Positions 27,591 through 37,176 of a stretch of DNA of 64,000 bases are shown one piece after another (position 1 is the stretch's first letter; each line of letters begins with the position of its first letter). Where the stretch lies: contig JAJRPN010000027.1 in assembly GCA_024280755.1 (NCBI GenBank), positions 33,267-97,266 of the forward strand. The letters are read 5' to 3'. Below the pieces are notes generated by a model. It worked only from the letters and a program-made list of their open reading frames with translations. It was not told where the DNA came from and made no database searches. A program made the position numbers and the translations under genes. The stretch comes from Planctomycetota bacterium. GTDB lineage: Bacteria; Planctomycetota; Phycisphaerae; Phycisphaerales; UBA1924.

Positions 27591-30050
27591 ATGTCAATCG
27601 TCACCATACTCACGATCATCGCAGCCACTATTCTCAGTGCCATCGGATTGGCAGCGGTGACTTTTTTGTTATCAAAGCTCTTCGGCATCACCCTTCTGGT
27701 GCTTCGCAATATCTTCCGATTCATCGGCGAAGAGGTCACCGATACGCTCCGGCTCGTCGGGGCGGTTCTCGCATCGATCCTCTTCGCGCCATTGGTTGTG
27801 CTGAGCGTAGTCATCGGGCGTTGGTCAGCATCGAAGCACTACAGCGGTGCATTGATGGGCGAACTTCGTGCAGCGACGCGATGTGTGTACCGGATTTGTA
27901 TCGGCAACATCGCTCGTCTCTTTGGTGTGTCCAAGGCACTCGAAGGCGTTGAGCAACGAGTTCCTGATATGATGGCTGCAGCACCAACGCGCGACAAGCC
28001 ATCAAAGAAGCGTGTAGGCATCTTCGAAGGCTATACCATCGTGGGATCGCTCAAGGGCGGCGGCTCGGGCGGGAAGCTGTACATCGCTGAGCCAGATGAT
28101 GTGAAACGAGCCGTATTTGCCAAGCGCAAGCTCGGCGAGGTTGATCAGGTTGTCATCAAGGTGTTTTCGCTCAAGGACGGCTCGAGTTTGCCTCAGATCG
28201 TGCGGGAGAGCCGGGCGCTCGATGCGGCTCGCTCATTGGGCTTGGTGCTTGAGCACGAGATGGCACCAGAGCGTTTCTTCTATGTCATGCGCTATGTGCC
28301 GGGCGAATCGCTCTCGGTGGTGACACAACGCTTGCACTCATTGAGCGGCATCTCTGGACTCGAAAACGATCATCTCAAATCAGTGATGAGCTACTCAGAA
28401 GATCTTTTGGTCGCGCTCGATACCTATCACCACGCCGAGCTTTGGCATAAGGATGTCAAGCCCGACAACATCATTGTTGATGGGCATGATCAAGACGCCA
28501 GGGCGCACTTGGTCGATTTCGGGCTGATTACTCCGATGCGATCAGCGATGACGCTCACCACACATGGTACAGAATATTTCCGCGATCCAGAACTCGTCCG
28601 CCAGGCATTGCGCGGCGTGAAGGTGCATCAGATCGACGGCTCAAAGTTTGATATCTATGGCGCTGGTGCGGTGCTGTTTTCGATGATCGAGAACTCGTTC
28701 CCTGCGCATGGCGGGTTGTCACAACTCACCAAGCGATGCCCAGAAGCCCTGCGTTGGATCGTGCGTCGCTCGATGGCTGAGTATGATCGTCGTTATCCGA
28801 GCGCAGCGGTCATGCTCGCAGATTTGCGTGTAGTGTTGGCTGCCGAAGATCCGTTCACGGTCAAGCCGATTGATTTGCCGAGTGTTTCGCAGGGTGATGT
28901 CGCAGCCGCCGAGCAGGTTCAGAGCATTTCTGCGCCTGAGTTTGAGATGCCTGTAAGCTTTGGGCGTTCGCCGGTGCCGCCTGCCCAAGCTGCCCCACAA
29001 GCCAATCCACATGGCGGCTCGCCTGTTGGTGTGCCCGCGGGAGCGCGTGTTGGTCGACCCAAAGCGGTGCTTTCGAGCTGGTGGTCGGGTAAGTATAATG
29101 TTCAAGGCAGCGCCAGCGGGGCTCAACGCGTCGCTGACGAGCCGGCATTGCGTGGTATGGGAAATGTTCACAGAGCCAAGGCGAATGTGCAGGCTCATGT
29201 TGATCGCGTCGCGCCGCCTTTGCGTGATGTAACCGATCGCAAGCCTGCTGCCCAGCAGGTGAAGGATGCTCGCAAGCGTGCGCACCAGATGCGCAATCGT
29301 GCCGGTAAGCGGACGAGTTCAAATCGTAAGCGGAAAAACGACTACTCGAACACACCCGGGGCAGCGGTTGTGTTTGCAGGGTTGCTTGGGATGGCTGTGC
29401 TGTTTGCTGGAACAGTCGTTGGCTTTGCGATGTTTACGCCAGTATTCCATTCTCAGAATGCACAGGCGACCGCTGTAAGCCCTACGCCACCAATGGCGCC
29501 GATGAATCCTGATGATGAGCAAGATTCAATCTCGATCGGGAACATCAAGATTAGTTTCGGTGATGATGGTGTGGTTACTTTGAATACCCATGACGAAGAT
29601 GAGCATGTTGATATCGAGTGTTCGATTGATGGCTTGGGCATGGTCGATGCCAAGGTGTTGATGGTGCCGATGCTTGCTCAGCCGATCGAGCCTGAGGTGC
29701 TCACACAGCTTCAAGAGGGTTTGGGTCAACTCAGATCAAAGGGGATGACGATCTTGGGTGATCTGATTTTAGATGAAGAGGACGAGTTTGTGATCGAGCA
29801 AACCGCCGAACTCGCCAATGCAATCGGTTCGATACCGGTTGATTCACCTGAGTACATCATCAAGGTTCAGCAATGGCTCAAGAATAAGTCATTCGATGGT
29901 GTCTTGGTACTGGGCGCAGAGCCAGGGCATGCTGATACCCAGACCGCGATGCTGGTGATGGATGAGTTTCATACCATCGTGCCGATCTCAGAGCGGGCGG
30001 TGCATGATCTGCTGCTCGTACTCCATAACAACGGCTACTGCGGCGAATAA
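27591..30050 (+). CDS. membrane-bound Ser/Thr protein kinase
   Basis: Hanks motifs VIKVF, HKDVKPDNIIV, DFGLI, FRDPE. N-terminal hydrophobic helices. Pro/Ala-rich linker. Another TM helix (AAVVFAGLLGMAVLFAGTVVGFAMF), then about 200 aa of C-terminal domain. Confidence 0.85.
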   Translation: MSIVTILTIIAATILSAIGLAAVTFLLSKLFGITLLVLRNIFRFIGEEVTDTLRLVGAVLASILFAPLVVLSVVIGRWSASKHYSGALMGELRAATRCVYRICIGNIARLFGVSKALEGVEQRVPDMMAAAPTRDKPSKKRVGIFEGYTIVGSLKGGGSGGKLYIAEPDDVKRAVFAKRKLGEVDQVVIKVFSLKDGSSLPQIVRESRALDAARSLGLVLEHEMAPERFFYVMRYVPGESLSVVTQRLHSLSGISGLENDHLKSVMSYSEDLLVALDTYHHAELWHKDVKPDNIIVDGHDQDARAHLVDFGLITPMRSAMTLTTHGTEYFRDPELVRQALRGVKVHQIDGSKFDIYGAGAVLFSMIENSFPAHGGLSQLTKRCPEALRWIVRRSMAEYDRRYPSAAVMLADLRVVLAAEDPFTVKPIDLPSVSQGDVAAAEQVQSISAPEFEMPVSFGRSPVPPAQAAPQANPHGGSPVGVPAGARVGRPKAVLSSWWSGKYNVQGSASGAQRVADEPALRGMGNVHRAKANVQAHVDRVAPPLRDVTDRKPAAQQVKDARKRAHQMRNRAGKRTSSNRKRKNDYSNTPGAAVVFAGLLGMAVLFAGTVVGFAMFTPVFHSQNAQATAVSPTPPMAPMNPDDEQDSISIGNIKISFGDDGVVTLNTHDEDEHVDIECSIDGLGMVDAKVLMVPMLAQPIEPEVLTQLQEGLGQLRSKGMTILGDLILDEEDEFVIEQTAELANAIGSIPVDSPEYIIKVQQWLKNKSFDGVLVLGAEPGHADTQTAMLVMDEFHTIVPISERAVHDLLLVLHNNGYCGE

Positions 30051-30064
30051 AGAATCATTTGAGT

Positions 30065-31147
30065 TTAAGCATGCGACACTTCGATCAGCCGATCGAGTGT
30101 CGTTTTGGCATATCCGCCTTGGATAGAAGCACGAGCGAGTTCGATACCCGATGCAAAGTCTTCACACGCATCAGCGACAAGCAACGCGCCGGCGGTCGTG
30201 AGAATCACCATGTCGGCGTAGGGGCTTGGGTTGCCTGCGAAGATATCGGTGATGATCTCTGCGCTGTGTTCGACGCTCGAGGCTTGGAGTTGCCCGAGCG
30301 TGGCGCGTGCCAAACCCAGATCAATAGCATCTATGGTTTCTTCTTGCAGCACACCATCACGGACATGCATGATACGCGTAGGAGCGGTGGTGGTGAGTTC
30401 ATCGAGTCCGTCGTGAGCGTGGACGATCATGGCTCGTTTGGCGCCCAGATTGGCAAGGGTCTGGGCCATCGGCTCGACGAGGGCGTTGTCATACACCCCA
30501 ATAAGCTGACGATCGGCACCCGCCGGGTTAGTCAACGGGCCGAGCGCATTGAAGATGGTCGGGAACCCGAGCGATCGGCGTGGGCCCATCGCATGCTTCA
30601 TCGCAGGGTGATGATGGATCGCAAAGCAGAAGCACACCCCGGCCTCTTTGAGGCATGTTGATTGCACCGCTGGCGAAGCGTCCACCTTGACGCCGAGGGT
30701 TTCGAGAACCTCGGCCGAGCCTCGTCCGGTGCGCGAACGGTTGCCATGCTTGGCGACGACGATTCGTGTGAGCGTAGAATCAGCAGGAAGTTGCACCCCC
30801 GCAGCAACGATGGCGGCCGCTGTGGAGACATTGAAGGATTTGGGTGCGCCGCCGGTGCCGCAGGTGTCGATCAGGACTTCGCCATCGGCACAGTTGTATT
30901 CAACCTTCTCGACATGTGCTCGCATGGCTTTTGCTGCCCCCGTGAGGGTTGGGGTGTTTGGAGGCATGGTTTGGATGAGCGACAAGATCGCGCCAGTTTG
31001 GGCCTGGTCGAGCTGGCCGTTGAGCAATGCGAGGAAGGTTTGCTCGGCGGCTGCCTCATCAAGCGGGGTGCGAGCGAGCAAATCGCGTAAAATCTGATGT
31101 ATTTGGTCTGGTTCCATACGATGAGAGGGTAGCAGAGTTGTACTCAT
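30065..31147 (-). CDS. trpD: anthranilate phosphoribosyltransferase
   Basis: DTCGTGG, NVSTAAAIVAA, AKHGNRS. No other trp genes are nearby. Confidence 0.9.
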   Translation of the reverse strand: MSTTLLPSHRMEPDQIHQILRDLLARTPLDEAAAEQTFLALLNGQLDQAQTGAILSLIQTMPPNTPTLTGAAKAMRAHVEKVEYNCADGEVLIDTCGTGGAPKSFNVSTAAAIVAAGVQLPADSTLTRIVVAKHGNRSRTGRGSAEVLETLGVKVDASPAVQSTCLKEAGVCFCFAIHHHPAMKHAMGPRRSLGFPTIFNALGPLTNPAGADRQLIGVYDNALVEPMAQTLANLGAKRAMIVHAHDGLDELTTTAPTRIMHVRDGVLQEETIDAIDLGLARATLGQLQASSVEHSAEIITDIFAGNPSPYADMVILTTAGALLVADACEDFASGIELARASIQGGYAKTTLDRLIEVSHA

Positions 31148-31184
31148 AAGGTTCTTTCTGATGGCTCGTGTTCTCTCACTAACT

Positions 31185-31335
31185 CTCCTCCTCCGGGCTT
31201 CCGGGGGAGGTGGCTGCGCAGCAGACGGAAGGGGTCTTTGGGGTGGCGTTGATGTTTAAATGAAGGGTAAAACTGAAGCAAGACCCCCTCCGCCTCACTT
31301 CGTTCGGCACCTCCCCCGGAGGCCCGGTGGAGGAG
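31185..31335. repeat. nested palindromic intergenic element, copy C
   Basis: CTCCTCCTCCGGGCTTCCGGGGGAGGTGGCTGCGCAGCAGACGGAAGGGGTCTT ... AAGACCCCCTCCGCCTCACTTCGTTCGGCACCTCCCCCGGAGGCCCGGTGGAGGAG. Confidence 0.8.
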
Positions 31336-31430
31336 AAAAAAAATTCAAAATGTGAGCCGCCAGGCACGACCTCACATGGGTTTGAACGCAAACGCACCTT
31401 GGGGCGTATGAAAGTTGTAGAATACAAACA

Positions 31431-33644
31431 ATGCCAAACCCGTCTCGTCAATCTCATCAAACCACGCGCAGCGTCGCCCACCGGGCCGGCGGGGTTGTCC
31501 ATCGTCGGCGGTTTGTCGATGCGATGGGGTATTGGCTCATTTGGACATTGGCTGGTGCGTCGGTGCTGATCCTGCTCTCGCGGTTGATCGGATGGGAGTT
31601 TGGTTTGGTATGGTGGGGGTGGTTGATCTTGGCGGCCGCGATCGCGTTGGTGCCGAGTTTGGTATCTGCGGGCAGGCATCGCATGACCCTTGCCCAAGGC
31701 GGCGGCGTACTCGACGATCGACTTGGACTCAACAGCCAACTCCGATCCGCGATTGAACTCGAATCCGATCAAGCATCCAAAGCCCAATCACCCGGATTCG
31801 TCGCCCTCGCCCAGAAGCATGCCGAGTCGGCAGCAGCCCAGGTCGAAATCGGTCAGGCATTTGATCCGATCGACCCCAAGCACTGGTGGCGGGCGGGGTT
31901 GGTGCTGGTGCTTGCGATTGTTGTTGGGGTCTGGATGCCGATGCGGGCGATTGGTGATCCCAAGATACAAACGGTGATTCCCGAGCAGGCGATTGCGAAG
32001 ATTGATGATGTTGAGGATTCGATCCGTGATCTGATTGATGACACACAGCCTGAATCGTCAGCGGTGCAAGACGCGATCGCCGATCTGGAATCGCTCAAAG
32101 AAGAACTCGCCCAAGGCGTCGATGATCCGAACCAAGCCAATACCCGGACGGCGGTCAAGCTTGAAGAACTCGCCGACGCGCTCGATGACCAAGCCGAGCA
32201 AGAGCAAACTCAAGCGAACGAACTGAGCGACCGGATCGCCGAGGCTCAGAACCAGTTTGATGATCAAGATGGTTGGGATGAACAACTCGACGACTTTGCC
32301 GATGCGATCAAGGAGCAGGAATACGAAGAGGCCCAGCAGAAACTCGATGAGTTGCGAGAACAGGCCGAGCAGATGAGCGATGCCCAGCGAGAAGCGTTAG
32401 CTGATCAACTCGAAGATCTCGCTGATGCGGTCGAACCGGATTCGTTTGAGGATGAGCCAGCGGACGAATCAATGCCCGAGCCATCGCAAGAACTTGCGGA
32501 TTCGATCCGTGAGGAGGCCGAGGATATCCGTGAGCCTCCTGAGGCGGAATCGGAACAAGAATCAGCGCAAGATGAACCTGAAGATTCAGCCGACGACGAA
32601 ACCGAAGGCGAGGAACCCGGGCAAGAGCAAACAGAAGAAGAGCAATCTGAGGAAGAGCAATCAGGGGATGGGGAATCTCAAGGGCCGAGCGAAGACCAGG
32701 GCGAAGAACCTGCACAAGGAGAATCAGAACAGAACAAGGCAGGTGAAGAAGGCGAGTCCGCTAGCCAAGAGAGCGATGAACCCGGCAAGGAATCTGAAGC
32801 ACAAGAGCAGCAAGGCAAGCCGAATGAAGACCAATCGCAAGTGGGCGATGAATCTGGTCAGGAATCGGAACAAGTTACAGAGCAAGAAGGTGCCCAAGAA
32901 CAACAGGACCAAGAAAAAGGCGATGAGCAAGATCGTCAACAAGGTGAAGGTGACAAACCAGAACAATCAGAGTCTGAATCATCTGAAGGTGAACAGCAAA
33001 ACCAAGATCAGCCTGAGCCTGAGTCTGATGGTGAACAGGGCGAAGCCGGGCAAGAGCAACGCGAGGGTCGGCGTTCGCTTGATGAATCACTCGAAGAGAT
33101 GGAAAAACGCAAGGAGCGATCCCAGCGTAGCCAAGAGCAAGCCGATGATGTGCGCGAGCAGGCGAGGAAGCTGATCGATCCGAATGAATCACAAGAGCCG
33201 TCCGAAGGCGAATCGCAAGGCGTCCGACCCAACGAGAATCAACAAGACCAACGCGGCAGCGCAGGCGATGAGCCTCGCGATAAGGATGATGATTCTGTAG
33301 AGTCAGATCCTGATGCGGCGCGTGATTTCGTGCCCGTTGACGCGAGTGATCCCAGTGCGTCAGACAACGCTCAGCCGGTCGGCAAGTGGTACGCGCCCGA
33401 TGGCGAAGCGGTTGAGCCAAGCAGCGCCAAGCAGGCGGCTCAACGGTTCCGCGAAGCGTCAGGAAAAGCTCAGCGAGCGATCGAAGATCAGCAGGTGCCT
33501 CGCAAATATCGCCGAGTGGTGCGCGAAGCATTCAAACGCATGAACGACCGTGCCAACAGTCTCGAATCGGGCGGCAAGGTTGCGCCTCAGGGCAAAGATG
33601 CAACGCCCAAATCAAGTACCAAAGACGCTGGCGGCGACGAGTGA
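31431..33644 (+). CDS. membrane protein with a very long acidic low-complexity region
   Basis: N-terminal hydrophobic helices, then about 440 aa dominated by D/E/Q/S (about nt 32030-33350). The stop overlaps the next start (ATGA-type overlap at 33641-33644). Confidence 0.6.
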   Translation: MPNPSRQSHQTTRSVAHRAGGVVHRRRFVDAMGYWLIWTLAGASVLILLSRLIGWEFGLVWWGWLILAAAIALVPSLVSAGRHRMTLAQGGGVLDDRLGLNSQLRSAIELESDQASKAQSPGFVALAQKHAESAAAQVEIGQAFDPIDPKHWWRAGLVLVLAIVVGVWMPMRAIGDPKIQTVIPEQAIAKIDDVEDSIRDLIDDTQPESSAVQDAIADLESLKEELAQGVDDPNQANTRTAVKLEELADALDDQAEQEQTQANELSDRIAEAQNQFDDQDGWDEQLDDFADAIKEQEYEEAQQKLDELREQAEQMSDAQREALADQLEDLADAVEPDSFEDEPADESMPEPSQELADSIREEAEDIREPPEAESEQESAQDEPEDSADDETEGEEPGQEQTEEEQSEEEQSGDGESQGPSEDQGEEPAQGESEQNKAGEEGESASQESDEPGKESEAQEQQGKPNEDQSQVGDESGQESEQVTEQEGAQEQQDQEKGDEQDRQQGEGDKPEQSESESSEGEQQNQDQPEPESDGEQGEAGQEQREGRRSLDESLEEMEKRKERSQRSQEQADDVREQARKLIDPNESQEPSEGESQGVRPNENQQDQRGSAGDEPRDKDDDSVESDPDAARDFVPVDASDPSASDNAQPVGKWYAPDGEAVEPSSAKQAAQRFREASGKAQRAIEDQQVPRKYRRVVREAFKRMNDRANSLESGGKVAPQGKDATPKSSTKDAGGDE

Positions 33645-36556
33645 ATATAGCGATCGACCAACCGTGGTGGCTCATGCTCTCGCTCGTTGGAGTGGTTTCT
33701 GGTGCGCTCGGATGGCGATGGATGCGGGGGATTCCAAGGTCCAGACGGGCAACCGCGGTGATGATCCGTGTCGTGCTGTTTGTTGTTCTCGGTATCGCCA
33801 TGAGCGGCGTCTACCGCGTTGAAACCGCCAATGATCTCGCGGTCATCGCGGTGGTCGATACCTCGATGTCCGTCCAGAGCTTCGCATCATTTGGTAACGA
33901 TGAACTCGGAGTGCCAATCACCATCGACCGAGCAACCCGAGGCTTCCTCGCTGGCGCAAGTGCCAATCGCCTCTCTGATGATCGGCTTGGGATTGTTGCC
34001 TTCGACGGACGATCACAAACCATCGCCCTGCCCACCAAAGCGAAGGTGCTCGACCGTGCGATCGAGATCGATCCAATCGAAGGGTCTGATCTTGTCGGCG
34101 CGATCCAAAGCGCACGGACGCAACTCCCCCCCGATGCCAATGCACGCATTATCGTGATTTCTGACGGTCGATCGACGACCACCGGGCTCGATCAGATTCC
34201 GAGTGACATCCCGATCGATGTCGTGCCGATCCGGTATGCGGTGCATGAAGAGGTGATTGTCGAATCGGTCGAGTTGCCCGCGCGTTCGTTGCCCGAATCA
34301 ATTGTTGATGTGCGTGTGGTGCTTCGGAGTTTGGGAGAATCGGCTGGCGAGTTGCTGTTGACCTACAACGCCGAACCCGTCGATATCAACGGCGATCGTC
34401 CGGGTTTGCTCCGCCCAGTCCAGCTCGAATCTGGGCAACGGGTGCTTGTTGTGCCGGTGCAACTCGGGACAGGGCGTGTGCATCGCTTTGAGGCGCGGTA
34501 TATCCCAACACCAATCGGGGACACTCGATACAGCGGCGATACAAGCCTAGGAAACAACCAGGCCGGCGGCGTGACGATGACTTCGGGCAAAGGACGCGTG
34601 CTTGTTGTCGCCGAGCAAGATGACACAGGTGTTTCGCAAGCGTTGCATCTGGTGAACACATTGCAGCGGGCGAAGTGGAAAGTTGATGCGGTATTGCCGA
34701 GCCAGTTTCCGTCTGATCTACTTGAGCTCGAAGCGTACGACCTGGTGGTGATGGTCAATACACCCCGTGATGCGATTGAACTCGAAGCCGACGCGTTGAT
34801 CAATGCGTATGTTCAAGATCTCGGCGGCGGGGTTTTGTTTGTCGGCGGGCGCGAAGCGCTGGGCGCGGGCGGCTGGCAAGGCTCGGCGATCGAAAATGTT
34901 TTACCTGTAAAACTTGATGTTGCAGATGATCTGATCGTGCCCGCGGTCGCGGTGGTGTTGGTGCTCGATTCATCAGGTTCGATGCGCAACAAGGTGATGG
35001 GGTCGTCGCGTTCACAACAAGCGGTGGCCAACGATGCAGCTGCGGGGGCGATTGATATCCTTGACGAAAAAGACATCATTGGTGTCGTTTCATTCTCGAA
35101 TACCGCAAGGCGAGTCGTGCAGATTGGACCAAATAATCAACCAGAAACAACACGCTCGCAGATCGCATCAATCTCAAGTTCCGGCGGCACAAACATGGGT
35201 CCGGCGATGCAGATGGCTGGCGATATGCTCCGCTCGGTTGATGCAGGTACAAAGCACATTATTTTACTCTCCGATGGCGAATCGCAACACCCAGAAACAT
35301 TGCCCGCCATCGCGACAGAGCTTGGGCAACTCGGAATCAAAGTCTCGACGATCGCGGTGGGGGACGGCGCGGATGAAAAAACAATGCGTGATATTGCTCG
35401 GCTTTCGCAGGGTGTGTATTACCGTGTGCGGAACCCAAGCGTGCTCCCGCGGGTGTTTCTCAAAGCCATTCGTGTCGTGCGCACGCCGATGGTTCGAGAG
35501 GGTGTAGTCTCACCAATCGTCGTCGAAAACGATACGCCCGCGACTGGTTTCCTTGGGCGGTTGCCCGAGCTTGCGGGCTTGGTGATTACCGAAGAGATCA
35601 AGGATGACCCGCGCGTTTCGACGCCGATTGTTTCATCGCAAGGCGAGCCCATCTTTGCGTTTCATCAGGTCGAACTTGGACGCGTCGCGGTGTTTACTTC
35701 TGATGTCTCGCGGTGGTCGCGTCAATGGATCGAGTCGGATGTGTTCGCATCGTTTTGGACCAACGCCGCGAGTTGGACCATGCGGAGCGATCAAGATGAG
35801 CCCGGCGAGCTGTCATTGATTGTGCGCAACAACCAAGCCGAGATCGAGTACAACGCAATCGATCCCAACGGCGTGCCGATCGACGGCTTAGATGTCTCGG
35901 TGCAGGTCTTTGATGCTTCAGGACAAGCGCGGTCGGTCAGTCTTGTACAGGTCGGGTCGGGTCAATACAAAGGCAGCATCGACGAGCTTGGCGCTGGCGT
36001 GCATGTTGTGATCGCGAGTCCGCATCAAGCGGGCCAACCATTGCAGCCGACCATTGCAGGACTACAAGTGACCGGCGTAGATGAGTTCAAACACCTGAGC
36101 GCAGACTCCCAAGCACTCATCGCACTCGCCAATCGCACCGGCGGGCGCGTCTTTGATCTTGGTGATCCAGCATCGGCCAACCTATTCGATCGAACGGGGT
36201 TAGTCGAACGCCAATCCTTGCAGCCGATCTGGACGCTGTTGCTCATCATCGCGTTTGTATTGTTCATACTCGATCTCGGCGCTCGGCGAGTCGCCTTCGA
36301 TCGCTGGATCGCCCAGGCAAGAGATGAAACCATCGCCGTCTCGCGAGTAGTGCGAGCCGAGCAGGTCGAACATCTCAGAGTATCGAAAGCCGAAAACCAA
36401 GACCGCAAGCCAGTCGCCCCCGATATCGATCGGTCTCCTATGCAATCAATGAAGAAAGATGCGGCAGAAAATCCTACAGATACAGAGCCAACTGATAATT
36501 CCAACCCACTCCTCGCCGCCAAACGCCGAGCGCGTGAACGGATGGATGAGGATTAG
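33641..36556 (+). CDS. BatA-like / von Willebrand factor A domain membrane protein
   Basis: N-terminus PWWLMLSLVGV...RSRRATAVMIRVVLFVVL is BatA-type. Two VWA MIDAS-like segments (AVVDTSMSV, VLVLDSSGSM). The central GRVLVVAEQDD...GGGVLFVGG segment resembles the GATase1-like domain seen in such proteins. C-terminal TM helix. Confidence 0.7.
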   Translation: MNIAIDQPWWLMLSLVGVVSGALGWRWMRGIPRSRRATAVMIRVVLFVVLGIAMSGVYRVETANDLAVIAVVDTSMSVQSFASFGNDELGVPITIDRATRGFLAGASANRLSDDRLGIVAFDGRSQTIALPTKAKVLDRAIEIDPIEGSDLVGAIQSARTQLPPDANARIIVISDGRSTTTGLDQIPSDIPIDVVPIRYAVHEEVIVESVELPARSLPESIVDVRVVLRSLGESAGELLLTYNAEPVDINGDRPGLLRPVQLESGQRVLVVPVQLGTGRVHRFEARYIPTPIGDTRYSGDTSLGNNQAGGVTMTSGKGRVLVVAEQDDTGVSQALHLVNTLQRAKWKVDAVLPSQFPSDLLELEAYDLVVMVNTPRDAIELEADALINAYVQDLGGGVLFVGGREALGAGGWQGSAIENVLPVKLDVADDLIVPAVAVVLVLDSSGSMRNKVMGSSRSQQAVANDAAAGAIDILDEKDIIGVVSFSNTARRVVQIGPNNQPETTRSQIASISSSGGTNMGPAMQMAGDMLRSVDAGTKHIILLSDGESQHPETLPAIATELGQLGIKVSTIAVGDGADEKTMRDIARLSQGVYYRVRNPSVLPRVFLKAIRVVRTPMVREGVVSPIVVENDTPATGFLGRLPELAGLVITEEIKDDPRVSTPIVSSQGEPIFAFHQVELGRVAVFTSDVSRWSRQWIESDVFASFWTNAASWTMRSDQDEPGELSLIVRNNQAEIEYNAIDPNGVPIDGLDVSVQVFDASGQARSVSLVQVGSGQYKGSIDELGAGVHVVIASPHQAGQPLQPTIAGLQVTGVDEFKHLSADSQALIALANRTGGRVFDLGDPASANLFDRTGLVERQSLQPIWTLLLIIAFVLFILDLGARRVAFDRWIAQARDETIAVSRVVRAEQVEHLRVSKAENQDRKPVAPDIDRSPMQSMKKDAAENPTDTEPTDNSNPLLAAKRRARERMDED

Positions 36557-36557
36557 T

Positions 36558-37175
36558 CTATAAATCGAGAGTTGGAGCATTGCTGATATAGAAAGTGATC
36601 GAATCTTTGACAGAATCATAGATTGCAAATCGCGGTTTCTTGAGGCCATCGCGAGGATACCCGACAGCACCAGGACAGATTACAGTTCGACTGTTCGAGT
36701 TGAGTTGAACAGGTGTTCCATATTCAAAGTTGACTTTGGAGGCATGCCCGGTAGTCATTCCTGAGTCGGTATATATCGCTGCGATATGAGAATCTCCAAC
36801 AAATACACGGGTGTACAGAGTTTCATCAAATACGCGCCAAGCTTCGTAGGCGTTAGCAATTTTTCGCGGTGGATCAGCGGGCGATTCATGCGTGTACACC
36901 GTGAGTTTTTCAATGATGTGGACAGGTAAGCTCGTCAGCCATTGTTCATTGGATTGCGACAGAACAACATCGTGGTCTTCGTCATGATTGCCGAGAATGC
37001 AGGAAATGTTGTGTTCACGGAGCGTATCGCAAACCCAATCATTCTCAGGACCGCCTTCAACGACATCGCCAAGACAAACGATACTGTCGTGACCAACTCG
37101 GATTATATCTTTGAGTACAGCACGCAGCGCTTCGCCGTTGCCGTGAATATCACTGATGAGTGCAATGCGTGGCAT
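36558..37175 (-). CDS. metallophosphoesterase (YfcE/MJ0936-like)
   Basis: SDIHGN, CLGDVV, GNHDED. Starts 1 nt after the miaB stop. Confidence 0.75.
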   Translation of the reverse strand: MPRIALISDIHGNGEALRAVLKDIIRVGHDSIVCLGDVVEGGPENDWVCDTLREHNISCILGNHDEDHDVVLSQSNEQWLTSLPVHIIEKLTVYTHESPADPPRKIANAYEAWRVFDETLYTRVFVGDSHIAAIYTDSGMTTGHASKVNFEYGTPVQLNSNSRTVICPGAVGYPRDGLKKPRFAIYDSVKDSITFYISNAPTLDL

Positions 37176-37176
37176 C

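Noticed and set aside
32308-33531. Alternative-frame ORFs across the acidic tract (32425-33174 Lys/Arg-rich, 32875-33531, 32308-32715)
   Set aside because: They are frame-shifted readings of purine-rich GAA/GAG/CAA repeats. The main frame is continuous with the TM N-terminus and is coupled to the next gene.
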